Source: Actinomycetota bacterium (GTDB taxonomy: Bacteria; Actinomycetota; Thermoleophilia; Gaiellales; Gaiellaceae). Taken from it: 64,000 bases of DNA. Each line of letters begins with the position of its first letter. The stretch's first letter is position 1. Both the position numbers and the translations under genes were made by a program. The notes below the pieces were generated by a model. That model did no database searches. It was not told where the DNA came from and saw only the letters and a list, made by a program, of their open reading frames with translations. Below are positions 24,007 to 33,060 of the stretch, one piece after another. The stretch covers positions 5,125-69,124 of the forward strand of contig PLZU01000021.1 in the NCBI GenBank assembly GCA_003152275.1, read 5' to 3'.

Positions 24007-24790
24007 CATCCCACGCGTCGTTGACGCGGCGTGGCTTACCGCCCATCTGGGCGACGACGATGTGGTCGTCGGCGATGTGCGCGGCCCGAACGCGCACACG
24101 CGCGGACACATCGCTGGTTCGCGCCCCCTCGTACTCGGTTCGCCGCCGCCCGCAGCCGACGCGGCTGCAGTCGCGGAGCTCGCGAAGGAGGTCGCGTTGC
24201 GCCTGCGCCGGCACGGCATTACCGGCGCCGAGCGCCTCGTGCTCGTCGATCGCGGCGACGGCGTCGGTGCGATGCCCGCGGCGCAGATGGCGGAGCTCGC
24301 CGGGCATCCGCGAGTCACGATTCTCCTCGGAGGCATGGCTGCGTGGCCGGGTGAGCTCGTCGAAGGACCGGTCGAGCTCGAGCCGGTGCGCGAGGCGGCG
24401 CTCGAGCCGTACCCGCGCGCGCTGCCGACCCGGCAGGAGATCGAGTCGCGGCTTGGCGATCCCTCGCTCATGCTGCTCGACGTCCGGCGCGAAGAGGAGT
24501 ACACGGGCAAGCGCGGCAGCCAGTGCGACCCGCGGCAAGGACACATCCCGGGCGCGAAGCGCGTCGAGGTGGGCGAGCTCTTCGACGCGCCGGGGCAGCC
24601 GATCGCGCCGGAGCAGATCCGCGCGCTTGTCGGTGCGCCCGAAGGAGCCGAGGTCGTCGCGTACTGCCACTCCGGCTCGCGCTCCGCGCTCGCAACGCTC
24701 GCGCTGCGCAGCGCCGGCTACGACGCGCGCAACTACGCCGGGTCGTGGCACGAGTGGAGCCGGTACCCCGAGCTTCCGCTCGAACGCTAG
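23993..24790 (+). CDS. two-domain rhodanese sulfurtransferase
   Basis: Active-site loop YCHSGSRSA and the HIPGA motif. Start uncertain (TTG 23993 proposed; the track ORF from 23783 overlaps the GST gene). Confidence 0.8.
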   Translation: MQHSDIPRVVDAAWLTAHLGDDDVVVGDVRGPNAHTRGHIAGSRPLVLGSPPPAADAAAVAELAKEVALRLRRHGITGAERLVLVDRGDGVGAMPAAQMAELAGHPRVTILLGGMAAWPGELVEGPVELEPVREAALEPYPRALPTRQEIESRLGDPSLMLLDVRREEEYTGKRGSQCDPRQGHIPGAKRVEVGELFDAPGQPIAPEQIRALVGAPEGAEVVAYCHSGSRSALATLALRSAGYDARNYAGSWHEWSRYPELPLER

Positions 24791-25512
24791 GCAACTCTCG
24801 ACGGCTGCAGCCTGGTTGAAACCCGCGTAGAGGCCACGTCCAGAAACGCGGCGCAGAGCGATCGTCCGAGGTCGTTCCAGCGGCCCATCTTCTCGAGCGT
24901 TTCCGCGCGGAGGCGGTCGGCGTCCGGCGGCGGATCGTCCGTGTCCGCGACCCAGCCCTCGAGCTGCGCTGCGGTCACCTCGGGATGGAACTGCACGCCC
25001 CAGCACGCGTCGCCGAGACGGAACGCCTGCGTGCAGGCGGCGCTGCGCGCGAGCTCGACGGCGCCGGCCGGCAAGCCGTAGGTGTAGTGGTGCCACTGCA
25101 GCGCTTCGAACGTCGTCGGCAGAACGCCGACGACCGGATCGTCAGCGGCCGCGTCCGTCAGCTCGACGCCGCACCAGCCGATCTCGGGGCCGTCCGGCAT
25201 CCGGCCCACCCACGCGCCCGACGCGCGCGCGAGCAGTTGCACGCCGAGACACACGCCGAGCACCGGCGTGTGCCGGTCGAGCAGCTGCTGCAGCCAGAGC
25301 GTCTCCTCGCGCAGCCAGGGATGGTGCGCGTCCTGGTCCGCGTGCATCGCACCGCCGAACACGAGAACCGCGTCGTACGCATCGAGCGGACGCGGCGGCG
25401 ATGTGCCCCACCCGAACGACCACTCGTCGAGCCGGTGCCCGGCCTCTTCGACGACGGGCGCGAAGAGCTCGGCTCGTGCGTCTGTTCCGTGGATTACCGA
25501 GAGGACGTGCAT
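24787..25512 (-). CDS. type 1 glutamine amidotransferase
   Basis: VLGVCLGVQLLA nucleophile elbow and a downstream HPE-type His. TAAAAT lies 6 nt upstream of the ATG. Confidence 0.8.
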   Translation of the reverse strand: MHVLSVIHGTDARAELFAPVVEEAGHRLDEWSFGWGTSPPRPLDAYDAVLVFGGAMHADQDAHHPWLREETLWLQQLLDRHTPVLGVCLGVQLLARASGAWVGRMPDGPEIGWCGVELTDAAADDPVVGVLPTTFEALQWHHYTYGLPAGAVELARSAACTQAFRLGDACWGVQFHPEVTAAQLEGWVADTDDPPPDADRLRAETLEKMGRWNDLGRSLCAAFLDVASTRVSTRLQPSRVA

Positions 25513-25518
25513 GAAGCG

Positions 25519-25524
25519 ATTTTA
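25519..25524 (-). promoter_or_regulatory. -10-like TAAAAT, 6 nt upstream of GATase ATG 25512
   Basis: Plus strand atttta. Overlaps the DUF72 stop codon. Confidence 0.45.
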
Positions 25525-26475
25525 CGCCTCGCCGCCGGTGGCCGGAATCCGGTTCATATCGAGGAGCCGCCGCAGCTGTTGCGCGTTGGCCGCCGCCTGG
25601 GAGATCCGGCCCAGCGGGTTCTGAGGATCCTCCGACGTCGAGTTGTTGTTGAAAAACGCGTAGGCCTGCTCCGACTGCTGCGCGAGCTCCTGCAACGTCG
25701 GCGCCCACTCTTCGAGCTCTTCGTCGGAGTAGAGGTAGTCGAAGCGCTCGGCGGCCGAACCGCCGCGCTTGTTCCATGTGCCCATGTTCCGTCCGTGGAA
25801 CCGGACGTACGCGATTCCGTTGGTGACCGCGGGGACGGTCGGGACAAGGTTCTTTGCCGTGTCGGACTTCGGCGCATCGACCGTCACGTACGCCGCGTCG
25901 ATGCTCTCGAGGAACGACAGCGTCTCTGCGCGATTCTCGTCGTCGAGCCACGACCGGTGGCGGAACTCGATGAGCATCTCGTCGCCGCCGAGCTGCTCGC
26001 GCGCCCATTCGAGATACTCGAGCGAACGGTCCTTGTAGACGACGTACGGCGGGAACTGAAAGAGGATGCCGCCGAGCTTGCCTGTCGACCGAAGCGGCTC
26101 GAGCGCCGAGAGGAAGCGGCGGAACACCTCGCCCCGCAGCTCGCGCGGCGGCCGGTCGACGCGACCGCGATCGTCCACCGGCATCGCGTCGCGCAGATCC
26201 TCCGGCAAGACCTCGATCTTCACGGGGTGGCGTGTCATCAGGCCGAACGCCTTGATGTGCATCGTGAAGCCCTCGGGCGTCCGGTCGGCCCAGCCCTGCA
26301 CCATCGATTCTGACGGCAGCCGGTAGTACGTCGAGTCGACCTCGACCGTGTCGAAACGCTCTGCGTAGTACGCAAGGCGTTCCTTCGCGGGGAACTTCGG
26401 CGGATAGAAGTACTTCGACAGGGCCTCGTCGGCCCACGAGCACGTTCCGATGCGAACGGGGGTCAGGCCTCGCAC
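25522..26475 (-). CDS. DUF72 domain-containing protein
   Basis: IGTCSWADEALSKYFYP...YAERFDTVEVDSTYYRLP...FQFPP...EFRHRSW is the DUF72/UPF0759 pattern. Confidence 0.85.
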   Translation of the reverse strand: MRGLTPVRIGTCSWADEALSKYFYPPKFPAKERLAYYAERFDTVEVDSTYYRLPSESMVQGWADRTPEGFTMHIKAFGLMTRHPVKIEVLPEDLRDAMPVDDRGRVDRPPRELRGEVFRRFLSALEPLRSTGKLGGILFQFPPYVVYKDRSLEYLEWAREQLGGDEMLIEFRHRSWLDDENRAETLSFLESIDAAYVTVDAPKSDTAKNLVPTVPAVTNGIAYVRFHGRNMGTWNKRGGSAAERFDYLYSDEELEEWAPTLQELAQQSEQAYAFFNNNSTSEDPQNPLGRISQAAANAQQLRRLLDMNRIPATGGEA

Positions 26476-26510
26476 GTTAATGCAAAGACCTGACCCCGAA
26501 GGATCGTGCG

Positions 26511-27572
26511 TTAGGGCTTGACCTTGACGACGATGCTTTTCGCCGACCAGGGCGAAAGCGTCGCGGTGGCACAGCCGGCAGGTGCGAACGGCGTGAGCGG
26601 GCTCTGGCAGCCCGTTGCCGTGTAGTCGCGCTCACCGACCGCACCGCTGACCTGGAAGTACGTCGTCTTCTTCGGCGTCAGATGCCCGGCGGTATTCCAG
26701 GTGCCGCCCGCGCCTGTCTTCGTCGAAGACTTGGCCTTCAGCGATTTCGCGGTGAGACCCCGCGCGATCTTGATGGTCAGGCTGCCGACGGGCAGGCCCC
26801 CCTCGTTTGCCGCGCCGCTCAGCTTCCACGTGTTCGTCTTCTTCACGTAGGTGGCGTGCAGCCCGAGGCTGATCGGAACCGGCACGAACGCGCGTGCCTC
26901 GAACGTTCCGGCGAGGTTGGGAGTTCCGATGCCGGGGTTGTATGGCGTGAAGAGCGTTTCCCACTTCAACAGGCCGCCGGCCGTCGGCGTTGTGAAGATC
27001 TTGTTCACCGTGAACTTCGCGTCAAGGAGCTGCGCGCCCTCGAACGAGCGTCCAGGCGTGCCCACCGGCACATCCCATGGCGGCAGGCAGATCTTGAGGT
27101 CGTACGCGCCGAGAGCCGTGGTGGGGCCCGCGGTGGGATTCACGTAGATCGGGACGACCAGCGTCTGGCCGGCCACGGAGAGGTTCATGTTCCAGACCGC
27201 GACGTTCGTCCCGGGCGAGCAGATGTCCGCCGTGTGCTTCGCCGGATCGTCGGTCGTGACGGAGCCGCTCAGCGGCAGTGTCAGGCCGCCATCGTGCGCC
27301 AGCGCCGTCGCGTCGACGTTGCCGATCGACGTGCCGGCCGGCTGGTTCAGCGTGGCGCCGTAGCCGCTCGGCACAAAGATGTTGATCTGGGCGATCGCCT
27401 GCGTCGCCGCGGGGATGCTGACGTGAATCGTGGTCGACTGCGAGCCGGCCAACACCATCGGTGTGTGCCAGACGGAGATCGACGCGGTGTTGGCGGCGAA
27501 CGCGGCGTTCGCGAAAACGAGCGTCGCGATTGCGGCCGCGCCCACCAATACCGTGCGCAAAGGTCCTGTCAT
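26511..27572 (-). CDS. secreted hypothetical protein (353 aa, beta-rich, Lys-rich C-terminus)
   Basis: Signal peptide MTGPLRTVLVGAAAIATLVFANAAFA. No family recognised. Confidence 0.6.
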   Translation of the reverse strand: MTGPLRTVLVGAAAIATLVFANAAFAANTASISVWHTPMVLAGSQSTTIHVSIPAATQAIAQINIFVPSGYGATLNQPAGTSIGNVDATALAHDGGLTLPLSGSVTTDDPAKHTADICSPGTNVAVWNMNLSVAGQTLVVPIYVNPTAGPTTALGAYDLKICLPPWDVPVGTPGRSFEGAQLLDAKFTVNKIFTTPTAGGLLKWETLFTPYNPGIGTPNLAGTFEARAFVPVPISLGLHATYVKKTNTWKLSGAANEGGLPVGSLTIKIARGLTAKSLKAKSSTKTGAGGTWNTAGHLTPKKTTYFQVSGAVGERDYTATGCQSPLTPFAPAGCATATLSPWSAKSIVVKVKP

Positions 27573-27651
27573 AGGTGCATTTCCCTTCGGGTCCAGAATG
27601 GTCTCGGGTGACTCTAAGGTCCCCGCCGCGCAGGGGTTCGCAAACCCGTCT

Positions 27652-28848
27652 TTACGAAGTCTTCAAGGGCCTTCCGAGCACGTTCCAGAAGCCATGCAGA
27701 TAGCGCACGAGGTACGTCTCGCCGATCGGGAAGTAATCCCGCGGCGTCGTCGAGAGCTTCAGTCCTGGCAGAAGGAACGGATTCGTCTCGTTCATGTGCT
27801 GGGCCGCGTGCAGCAGGCTCGCCCGGGTCAGGTTCCTGCCGGCGCGCTTCAACGCGTCGACCATCGCGTACGCGGCCATCATCCCGTAGATGTGAGCGAC
27901 CGCTTTCGGATCCTCGGACGGCAGGTAGCGCTTCATGATCTGGAGGTAGAGCTTCACGCCCGCGGAGTTCTTCTGCGTCGGGTTCGTGGGGTCGTGGAGG
28001 AATGCCGTCGAGGTCGCGCCGACGCCGACGCTCGAATCGGAGCTCAGGTGCACGATCTTCATCACGACCGGGTCGATGGAGACCGACGTGACGTACTCGG
28101 TCGGCTTCCAGCCCAGCTTCGAGGCTGCGACGAACGCCTCGGCGGCCTGCTGCGGCAGCGCGAAGATCACAAACGTGTCGGCGCCCGACGCCTTCAGCGA
28201 CTGCACCTGCGACACGACGCTCGTGTCGAGGAGTGCGTAGGACTCTGTCGCCACGATCTGGTTCGCACGCGACCCGAGGCCGCGCTTCAGGCCGGCCAGC
28301 AGTTCGTGTCCGTATTCGTCGTTCTCGTAGAGGACACCAACCTTCGCTTTCGGCTGGTTCTTCGCGATCAGGCGTCCGTAGATCAGCCCTTCACCCATGA
28401 AGCTTGGCAGCAGCCCGATCGTCCACGGGTATTTCGCATGCTCATCGCCGATCACCGCGGCGCCACTGCCGACGAACAGTTGCGGCACCTTGCGCGTGTT
28501 CAGATAGTCGCGCACGGCAAGCGCATGCTCAGTGCCGATCGAGTTGAAGATCGCGAACACGCCTTCCTGCTCGACCAGCTTCTGCGTGAGCTGCACGGTC
28601 TCGACCGGGTTGTACTGGTCGTCCTCGACCTTGTAGACGATCTTGCGGCCGTTGACGCCGCCGTGCGCGTTGACGTAGTCGAAGTACGCTTGCGCGCCGG
28701 TCAGCGTCGGGGCATACGCCGACTCCGAGCCGGTGAGCGGCCCCGTTGCGCCGAGCACGATCTGCGTCGGGGTCACGCCGGGCGTTGCCGCGCCGGCGGC
28801 AGCGGGGAAGGCGAGCAGCGCTGTGAGCGCCGCGAGTGCGAGCCTCAC
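27652..28848 (-). CDS. ABC transporter substrate-binding protein, LivJ/branched-chain amino acid type
   Basis: Signal peptide, then IVLGATGPLTGSESAYAP...YFDYVNAHGGVNGRKIVYKVEDDQYNP (type I periplasmic-binding fold). GTGA overlap with the upstream hydrolase stop. Confidence 0.85.
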   Translation of the reverse strand: MRLALAALTALLAFPAAAGAATPGVTPTQIVLGATGPLTGSESAYAPTLTGAQAYFDYVNAHGGVNGRKIVYKVEDDQYNPVETVQLTQKLVEQEGVFAIFNSIGTEHALAVRDYLNTRKVPQLFVGSGAAVIGDEHAKYPWTIGLLPSFMGEGLIYGRLIAKNQPKAKVGVLYENDEYGHELLAGLKRGLGSRANQIVATESYALLDTSVVSQVQSLKASGADTFVIFALPQQAAEAFVAASKLGWKPTEYVTSVSIDPVVMKIVHLSSDSSVGVGATSTAFLHDPTNPTQKNSAGVKLYLQIMKRYLPSEDPKAVAHIYGMMAAYAMVDALKRAGRNLTRASLLHAAQHMNETNPFLLPGLKLSTTPRDYFPIGETYLVRYLHGFWNVLGRPLKTS

Positions 28849-30239
28849 CGGGAGACGGCCTTTTTCAGTACAGACAGGTTCAGCGTCACGCGGTCGATCG
28901 TGATCGCTGCGTCGGGTTGCACCGCCGCGAGGTACAGCGCGTCGGAGGGCCCCTGCGCCAGCGAAGTCGAGCTGAGATAGAGAACGAGTTTCTTGCCGGC
29001 GGCAAAACGCACGGCTTCGTCCATGAGCTTGATCGTCACCTTGCCGCTTGCGGCGGTGAGCTTTACGCCGCCGGCCGTGATCGGCGTCGAGGTGCCCGCG
29101 ACCGCGAGGACCGCGACAAGGCGATCCCAGCTCTTCGCGCCCGAGTAGCGCACGACGACCGTTGAGTCGCCGAATGTCTCATGCGGTCCGCCGGTCACGC
29201 GGACGCTACGCACGACCTTCCCCAACGCTCCACTCATCGTCGATGTGCCCGGCAGCGTGACCGAGATCGTCGTCGTCGGGGGCACAGCCGAATAGAGCGT
29301 CGTCTTCCCGTCCCAGGGATCGTGGGCGAGCTCGATCTGCGGCTTGTCGATCCCGTTCTGCGCCCCGTCCAGGAACCGGTTGAACCACTTCACGGCCTCA
29401 CCGAAGTAGGTCGGCTGCTCAGCGGTCGGGTTCGCTGCGGGGGAGTGGCCGAGATCGCCGATGTACAGGCGCTTCGGCCCGTGCAGGGATTTGTACGCCG
29501 CGAGCGCCTGGTCGATGTCGAAGAGAAAGTCGTGGCGGCCCTGGATGAGGAGCGTCGGCGTCGTGATCGTCGGGAGTTTCGAGACCGGCGAGCGCGAGGC
29601 GGAAAGCGCAGCGGCCGCGGTCAGATCCGTGCTCGCTGCGAGCCCGGCTGACGCTGCAAGCAGCTGTGGGTCCCAGCGGCTTGTCGGAACGAGCCCGGCG
29701 AGGTATTGCACGAGCCCGGACTTCGACAGGCCTTGCGGTGCGAGCGCGGTCAGCAGATTTGTCCACGTGATGATCGGGACGGCCGCCTTGAACGGGACGC
29801 CGCTCGTGAGGGCGTTCCAGACGGCGCCGCCGCCGAGCGAGATGCCAAGCGCTCCGATGTTCGTGTCGCCGAGCTGTCCGGCAAACCAGTTGAAGAGCTC
29901 CTGCGTGTCCTGAACGTCGCGCAGTCCGTCCAAGCCGAAGAGCCCCTCCGAGGTGCCGTGTCCCCGGGCGTCGCACTCGAGGGTCTCGTACCCGGCCGGG
30001 GCGAAGAACTGCTCCGCGATCGGCTCCATGTCCTCGTGCTTGCCGCCGAGGCCGTGGAAAAGGATCACCCCTGGGCGAGGCGTCACCGGGACACCGCCGG
30101 GCGTCGTGGTCGAGCACGCGAGCTTGGCGCCGTCCGACATCGTCAGCGTCAGCTGCGTCACCTGCGTCCCACCGGCCGACTGAGCGCCCGCTGCCCACAC
30201 GAGAGCAAGCGCCATCGCGGCCATGACCCTCCCAAGCAC
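28845..30239 (-). CDS. secreted alpha/beta hydrolase, CocE/NonD (S15 X-Pro dipeptidyl-peptidase)-like
   Basis: Signal peptide, PGVILFHGLGG, CDARGHGTSEG, nucleophile elbow GISLGGG and a C-terminal beta-sandwich region. Confidence 0.65.
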   Translation of the reverse strand: MLGRVMAAMALALVWAAGAQSAGGTQVTQLTLTMSDGAKLACSTTTPGGVPVTPRPGVILFHGLGGKHEDMEPIAEQFFAPAGYETLECDARGHGTSEGLFGLDGLRDVQDTQELFNWFAGQLGDTNIGALGISLGGGAVWNALTSGVPFKAAVPIITWTNLLTALAPQGLSKSGLVQYLAGLVPTSRWDPQLLAASAGLAASTDLTAAAALSASRSPVSKLPTITTPTLLIQGRHDFLFDIDQALAAYKSLHGPKRLYIGDLGHSPAANPTAEQPTYFGEAVKWFNRFLDGAQNGIDKPQIELAHDPWDGKTTLYSAVPPTTTISVTLPGTSTMSGALGKVVRSVRVTGGPHETFGDSTVVVRYSGAKSWDRLVAVLAVAGTSTPITAGGVKLTAASGKVTIKLMDEAVRFAAGKKLVLYLSSTSLAQGPSDALYLAAVQPDAAITIDRVTLNLSVLKKAVSR

Positions 30240-30261
30240 GGGCGACAGGGTATCCCTCCTC

Positions 30262-30267
30262 TACGAT
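30262..30267 (+). promoter_or_regulatory. -10-like TACGAT, 7 nt upstream of murI ATG 30275
   Basis: Lies in the 35-nt divergent spacer. Confidence 0.45.
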
Positions 30268-30274
30268 CACCGCC

Positions 30275-31096
30275 ATGGACACGCGGCCGATCGGGGTTTT
30301 CGACTCGGGCGTGGGCGGGCTCACCGTCCTGCACGAGTGCCTCGTGACGATGCCGCACGAGGACTTCGTCTACCTCGGCGACCACGCCCGCTTGCCGTAT
30401 GGCCCTAGGCCGCTCGGCGAGGTGCGCGGATTCGCGCGCGAGATCGCCCTCTACCTCGAGGCGCAGGACGTGAAGCTGATCGTCGTCGCGTGCAACACCG
30501 CGACCTCTGCGGCACTACCGCAGCTGCAGGAGACGCTCGCGGTACCCGTCATCGCTGTGCTGACGCCGGAGGTGCACTCAGCAGTGCAGGCGACTCGCAA
30601 CCGGAGGATCGGCCTGCTCGCGACGCAGGGCACCGTCGACTCCGGACGCTACGCCGAGCTCGTGCACGCGCTTGATGCCGGAGTCGAGTTCTTCCCCGTG
30701 GCGTGCCCGCGTCTCGTGCCGCTGATCGAGGGAGACGATCCGTACGGCGAGCAGACGGAGGATGCAGTGCGCGAGTATGCGGCATCGTTGAAAGAAGCAG
30801 AGGTCGACACGGTCATTCTCGGGTGCACGCACTACCCGCTCATTCGCCCGATCTTCCAGCGTGCGTTCGGGCGCGACGTGACGCTCGTCTTCTCGGCAGA
30901 GGAAACGGCGCGCGACGTGGCTGAGACGCTTGCCCGCAAGGGGATCGAGAACGAGGTCTCGCGCGAAGGCGTCTACCGGTTCCTCACGACGGGCGATCCG
31001 GCAGCGTTTCGCGAAATGGGCAGGCGCTTCCTGCAGTTGCCGATCGGCGAGGTCGAGCACGTCGCGCTCGCGCAGCTCGAAGGCGCCGCGGCGTGA
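30275..31096 (+). CDS. murI: glutamate racemase
   Basis: IGVFDSGVGGLTV, VVACNTATS and LGCTHYP motifs. Confidence 0.92.
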   Translation: MDTRPIGVFDSGVGGLTVLHECLVTMPHEDFVYLGDHARLPYGPRPLGEVRGFAREIALYLEAQDVKLIVVACNTATSAALPQLQETLAVPVIAVLTPEVHSAVQATRNRRIGLLATQGTVDSGRYAELVHALDAGVEFFPVACPRLVPLIEGDDPYGEQTEDAVREYAASLKEAEVDTVILGCTHYPLIRPIFQRAFGRDVTLVFSAEETARDVAETLARKGIENEVSREGVYRFLTTGDPAAFREMGRRFLQLPIGEVEHVALAQLEGAAA

Positions 31097-31806
31097 GCCG
31101 CGACGACGGGCGCAAGCCCGACCAGCTGCGCCCGCTCACGATCGAGGTCGACTACCTCGAGAACCCGCACGGGTCGGCGCTCATCACGCAGGGCAAGACG
31201 AAGGTGCTCTGCACCGCGATGGTGCAGGAGGAGGTGCCGCGCTGGCTGCGCAACCAGGGCCGCGGCTGGATGACCGCGGAGTACTCCCTGCTGCCGGCCT
31301 CGACCGGCGACCGGGTGGAACGTGAAGCGTCGCGCGGCAAGCAGCAGGGCCGCACGGTCGAGATCCAGCGGTTGATCGGCCGTGCGATGCGCGCAGTCGT
31401 CGACTTCAAAGCGCTCGGCGAGCGCACGATGTGGCTGGACTGTGACGTGCTGCAAGCCGACGGCGGCACGCGTTGCGCGGCGATCTGCGGTGCGTACGTC
31501 GCGGGCAAGCGTGCGCTCGACCGTTTCGGTCTCTCGCGCGCTTTCGCCGACTCGATTGCGGCGGTGTCGGTCGGTGTCGTCGACGGCGTGCCGCTGCTCG
31601 ACCTGGACTATTCCGAAGATTCGAACGCCGACACGGACATGAACGTCGTGATGACCGGCGACGGGAGGTTGATCGAGGTGCAGGCGACCGCGGAGCGTGA
31701 TCCGTTCACGCGCGAGACACTCGACGACCTGCTCACGCTTGCCGAGTCCGGCATCGCGCGGATCGGCGACATCCAGGCGGAGGCGGTGTCCGTTGCACTT
31801 CCTTGA
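31093..31806 (+). CDS. rph: ribonuclease PH
   Basis: RKPDQLRPLTIEVDYLENPHGSALITQGKTKVLC, GRTVEIQRLIGR and DCDVLQADGGTR. GTGA overlap with the murI stop. Confidence 0.92.
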   Translation: MSRDDGRKPDQLRPLTIEVDYLENPHGSALITQGKTKVLCTAMVQEEVPRWLRNQGRGWMTAEYSLLPASTGDRVEREASRGKQQGRTVEIQRLIGRAMRAVVDFKALGERTMWLDCDVLQADGGTRCAAICGAYVAGKRALDRFGLSRAFADSIAAVSVGVVDGVPLLDLDYSEDSNADTDMNVVMTGDGRLIEVQATAERDPFTRETLDDLLTLAESGIARIGDIQAEAVSVALP

Positions 31807-32497
31807 GCTCGCCGCGATTCCGTCGCTCACCTGGCCGCATGTCCTGCTGCGACTCGTGGTCGCCGCGGCGCTCGGCGGCGCGATCGGCCTGGAGCGCGAG
31901 TTGCGCGAGCGCCAGGCGGGGTTGCGAACGCATCTCGTCGTCTGTCTCGGTTCCTCGCTCTTCACGATCGTCTCGGCCTATGGCTTTCGCGAGTTCCTCG
32001 TCCACGGCGGGTCGGTCGTGCGTGCCGACCCGACGCGCATTGCGGCGCAGATCGTGAGCGGCATCGGCTTCCTCGGCGCGGGCGCGATCATCCGGCAGGG
32101 GCTCTCCGTGCGCGGGCTCACGACCGCGGCGACCTTGTGGCTCGTCGCTGCGATCGGTATGGCCTCGGGTGCCGGCTACTACAGCGCTGCGTTGTTCGCG
32201 ACCGCGGCCGGCCTCTTGACGCTCGGCCCGCTCCGCATCTTCGCTTACAAGATCGTGCGTCGCTACCGGCCTGAGGTCGACCGTCTGATCGTCGACATAC
32301 CCGCGGGCGGCAGCCCCGTGCCTGTGCTCGAAGTGATCGAGCAGCGCGGCGGACGCGTCATCTCGCTCGAGATTGCGCAGGAGGGCGACCGGCGCTCGAT
32401 GGCCCTCGACGTCGAGCTGCATGGGATCTCCGCACCGACGATCGTCGCCGCCGTCGGCGACATCGACGGCGTGCTCGAGGTGCGTTGGACTGAATGA
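31793..32497 (+). CDS. MgtC/SapB family membrane protein
   Basis: LLRLVVAAALGGAIGLERELRERQAGLRTH and GIGFLGAGAI. TTG start proposed; start uncertain. Confidence 0.75.
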   Translation: MHFLELAAIPSLTWPHVLLRLVVAAALGGAIGLERELRERQAGLRTHLVVCLGSSLFTIVSAYGFREFLVHGGSVVRADPTRIAAQIVSGIGFLGAGAIIRQGLSVRGLTTAATLWLVAAIGMASGAGYYSAALFATAAGLLTLGPLRIFAYKIVRRYRPEVDRLIVDIPAGGSPVPVLEVIEQRGGRVISLEIAQEGDRRSMALDVELHGISAPTIVAAVGDIDGVLEVRWTE

Positions 32498-33060
32498 GGG
32501 CCATTCTCTGCTCGCGCAATGCGCACAAGGCGCGCGAGCTCGAGGTGCTCCTGCCCGGCTGGACGATCGAGCCGCTCGCAGCGGATGACTACCCGCCCGA
32601 GACGGGCGGCTCCTACTACGAGAACGCGAGTATCAAGGCGGCGTTCGGGCGCACGCGCATCCCGGGCTGGACGATCGGCGAGGACTCGGGGCTCGAAGTC
32701 GCCGCGCTCGGAGGCCGGCCAGGAATCGAGTCGGCGCGTTATGCGCCTGAGGGCGCGCCCGCGATCGCGAAGCTGCTCGGCGAGCTCGAGGGCGTCGAGG
32801 ACCGCCGGGCGCAGTACGTGTCCGAGCTCGTCGCGATCGCGCCCGACGGCGAGGAGTTTCGCGGCACGGGCGTCGTCACCGGCCGGATCGCAATGGAGCC
32901 GCGCGGTAGCGAAGGCTTCGGCTACGACCCGATCTTCACTCCCGACGGTGAGGAGCAGACGATCGCCCAGCTCGGCGACTCATGGAAGGCGCGCAATTCG
33001 CACCGAGCGCGCTCGGCGCAGGCGCTACGCGAGGCCGTCGACCGGCGCGGGTCCGCGTAG
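32494..33060 (+). CDS. rdgB: non-canonical purine NTP pyrophosphatase (RdgB/HAM1)
   Basis: NAHKARE, EDSGLEVAALGGRPGIESARY and GFGYDPIF motifs. ATGA overlap with the mgtC-like stop. Confidence 0.9.
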   Translation: MRAILCSRNAHKARELEVLLPGWTIEPLAADDYPPETGGSYYENASIKAAFGRTRIPGWTIGEDSGLEVAALGGRPGIESARYAPEGAPAIAKLLGELEGVEDRRAQYVSELVAIAPDGEEFRGTGVVTGRIAMEPRGSEGFGYDPIFTPDGEEQTIAQLGDSWKARNSHRARSAQALREAVDRRGSA

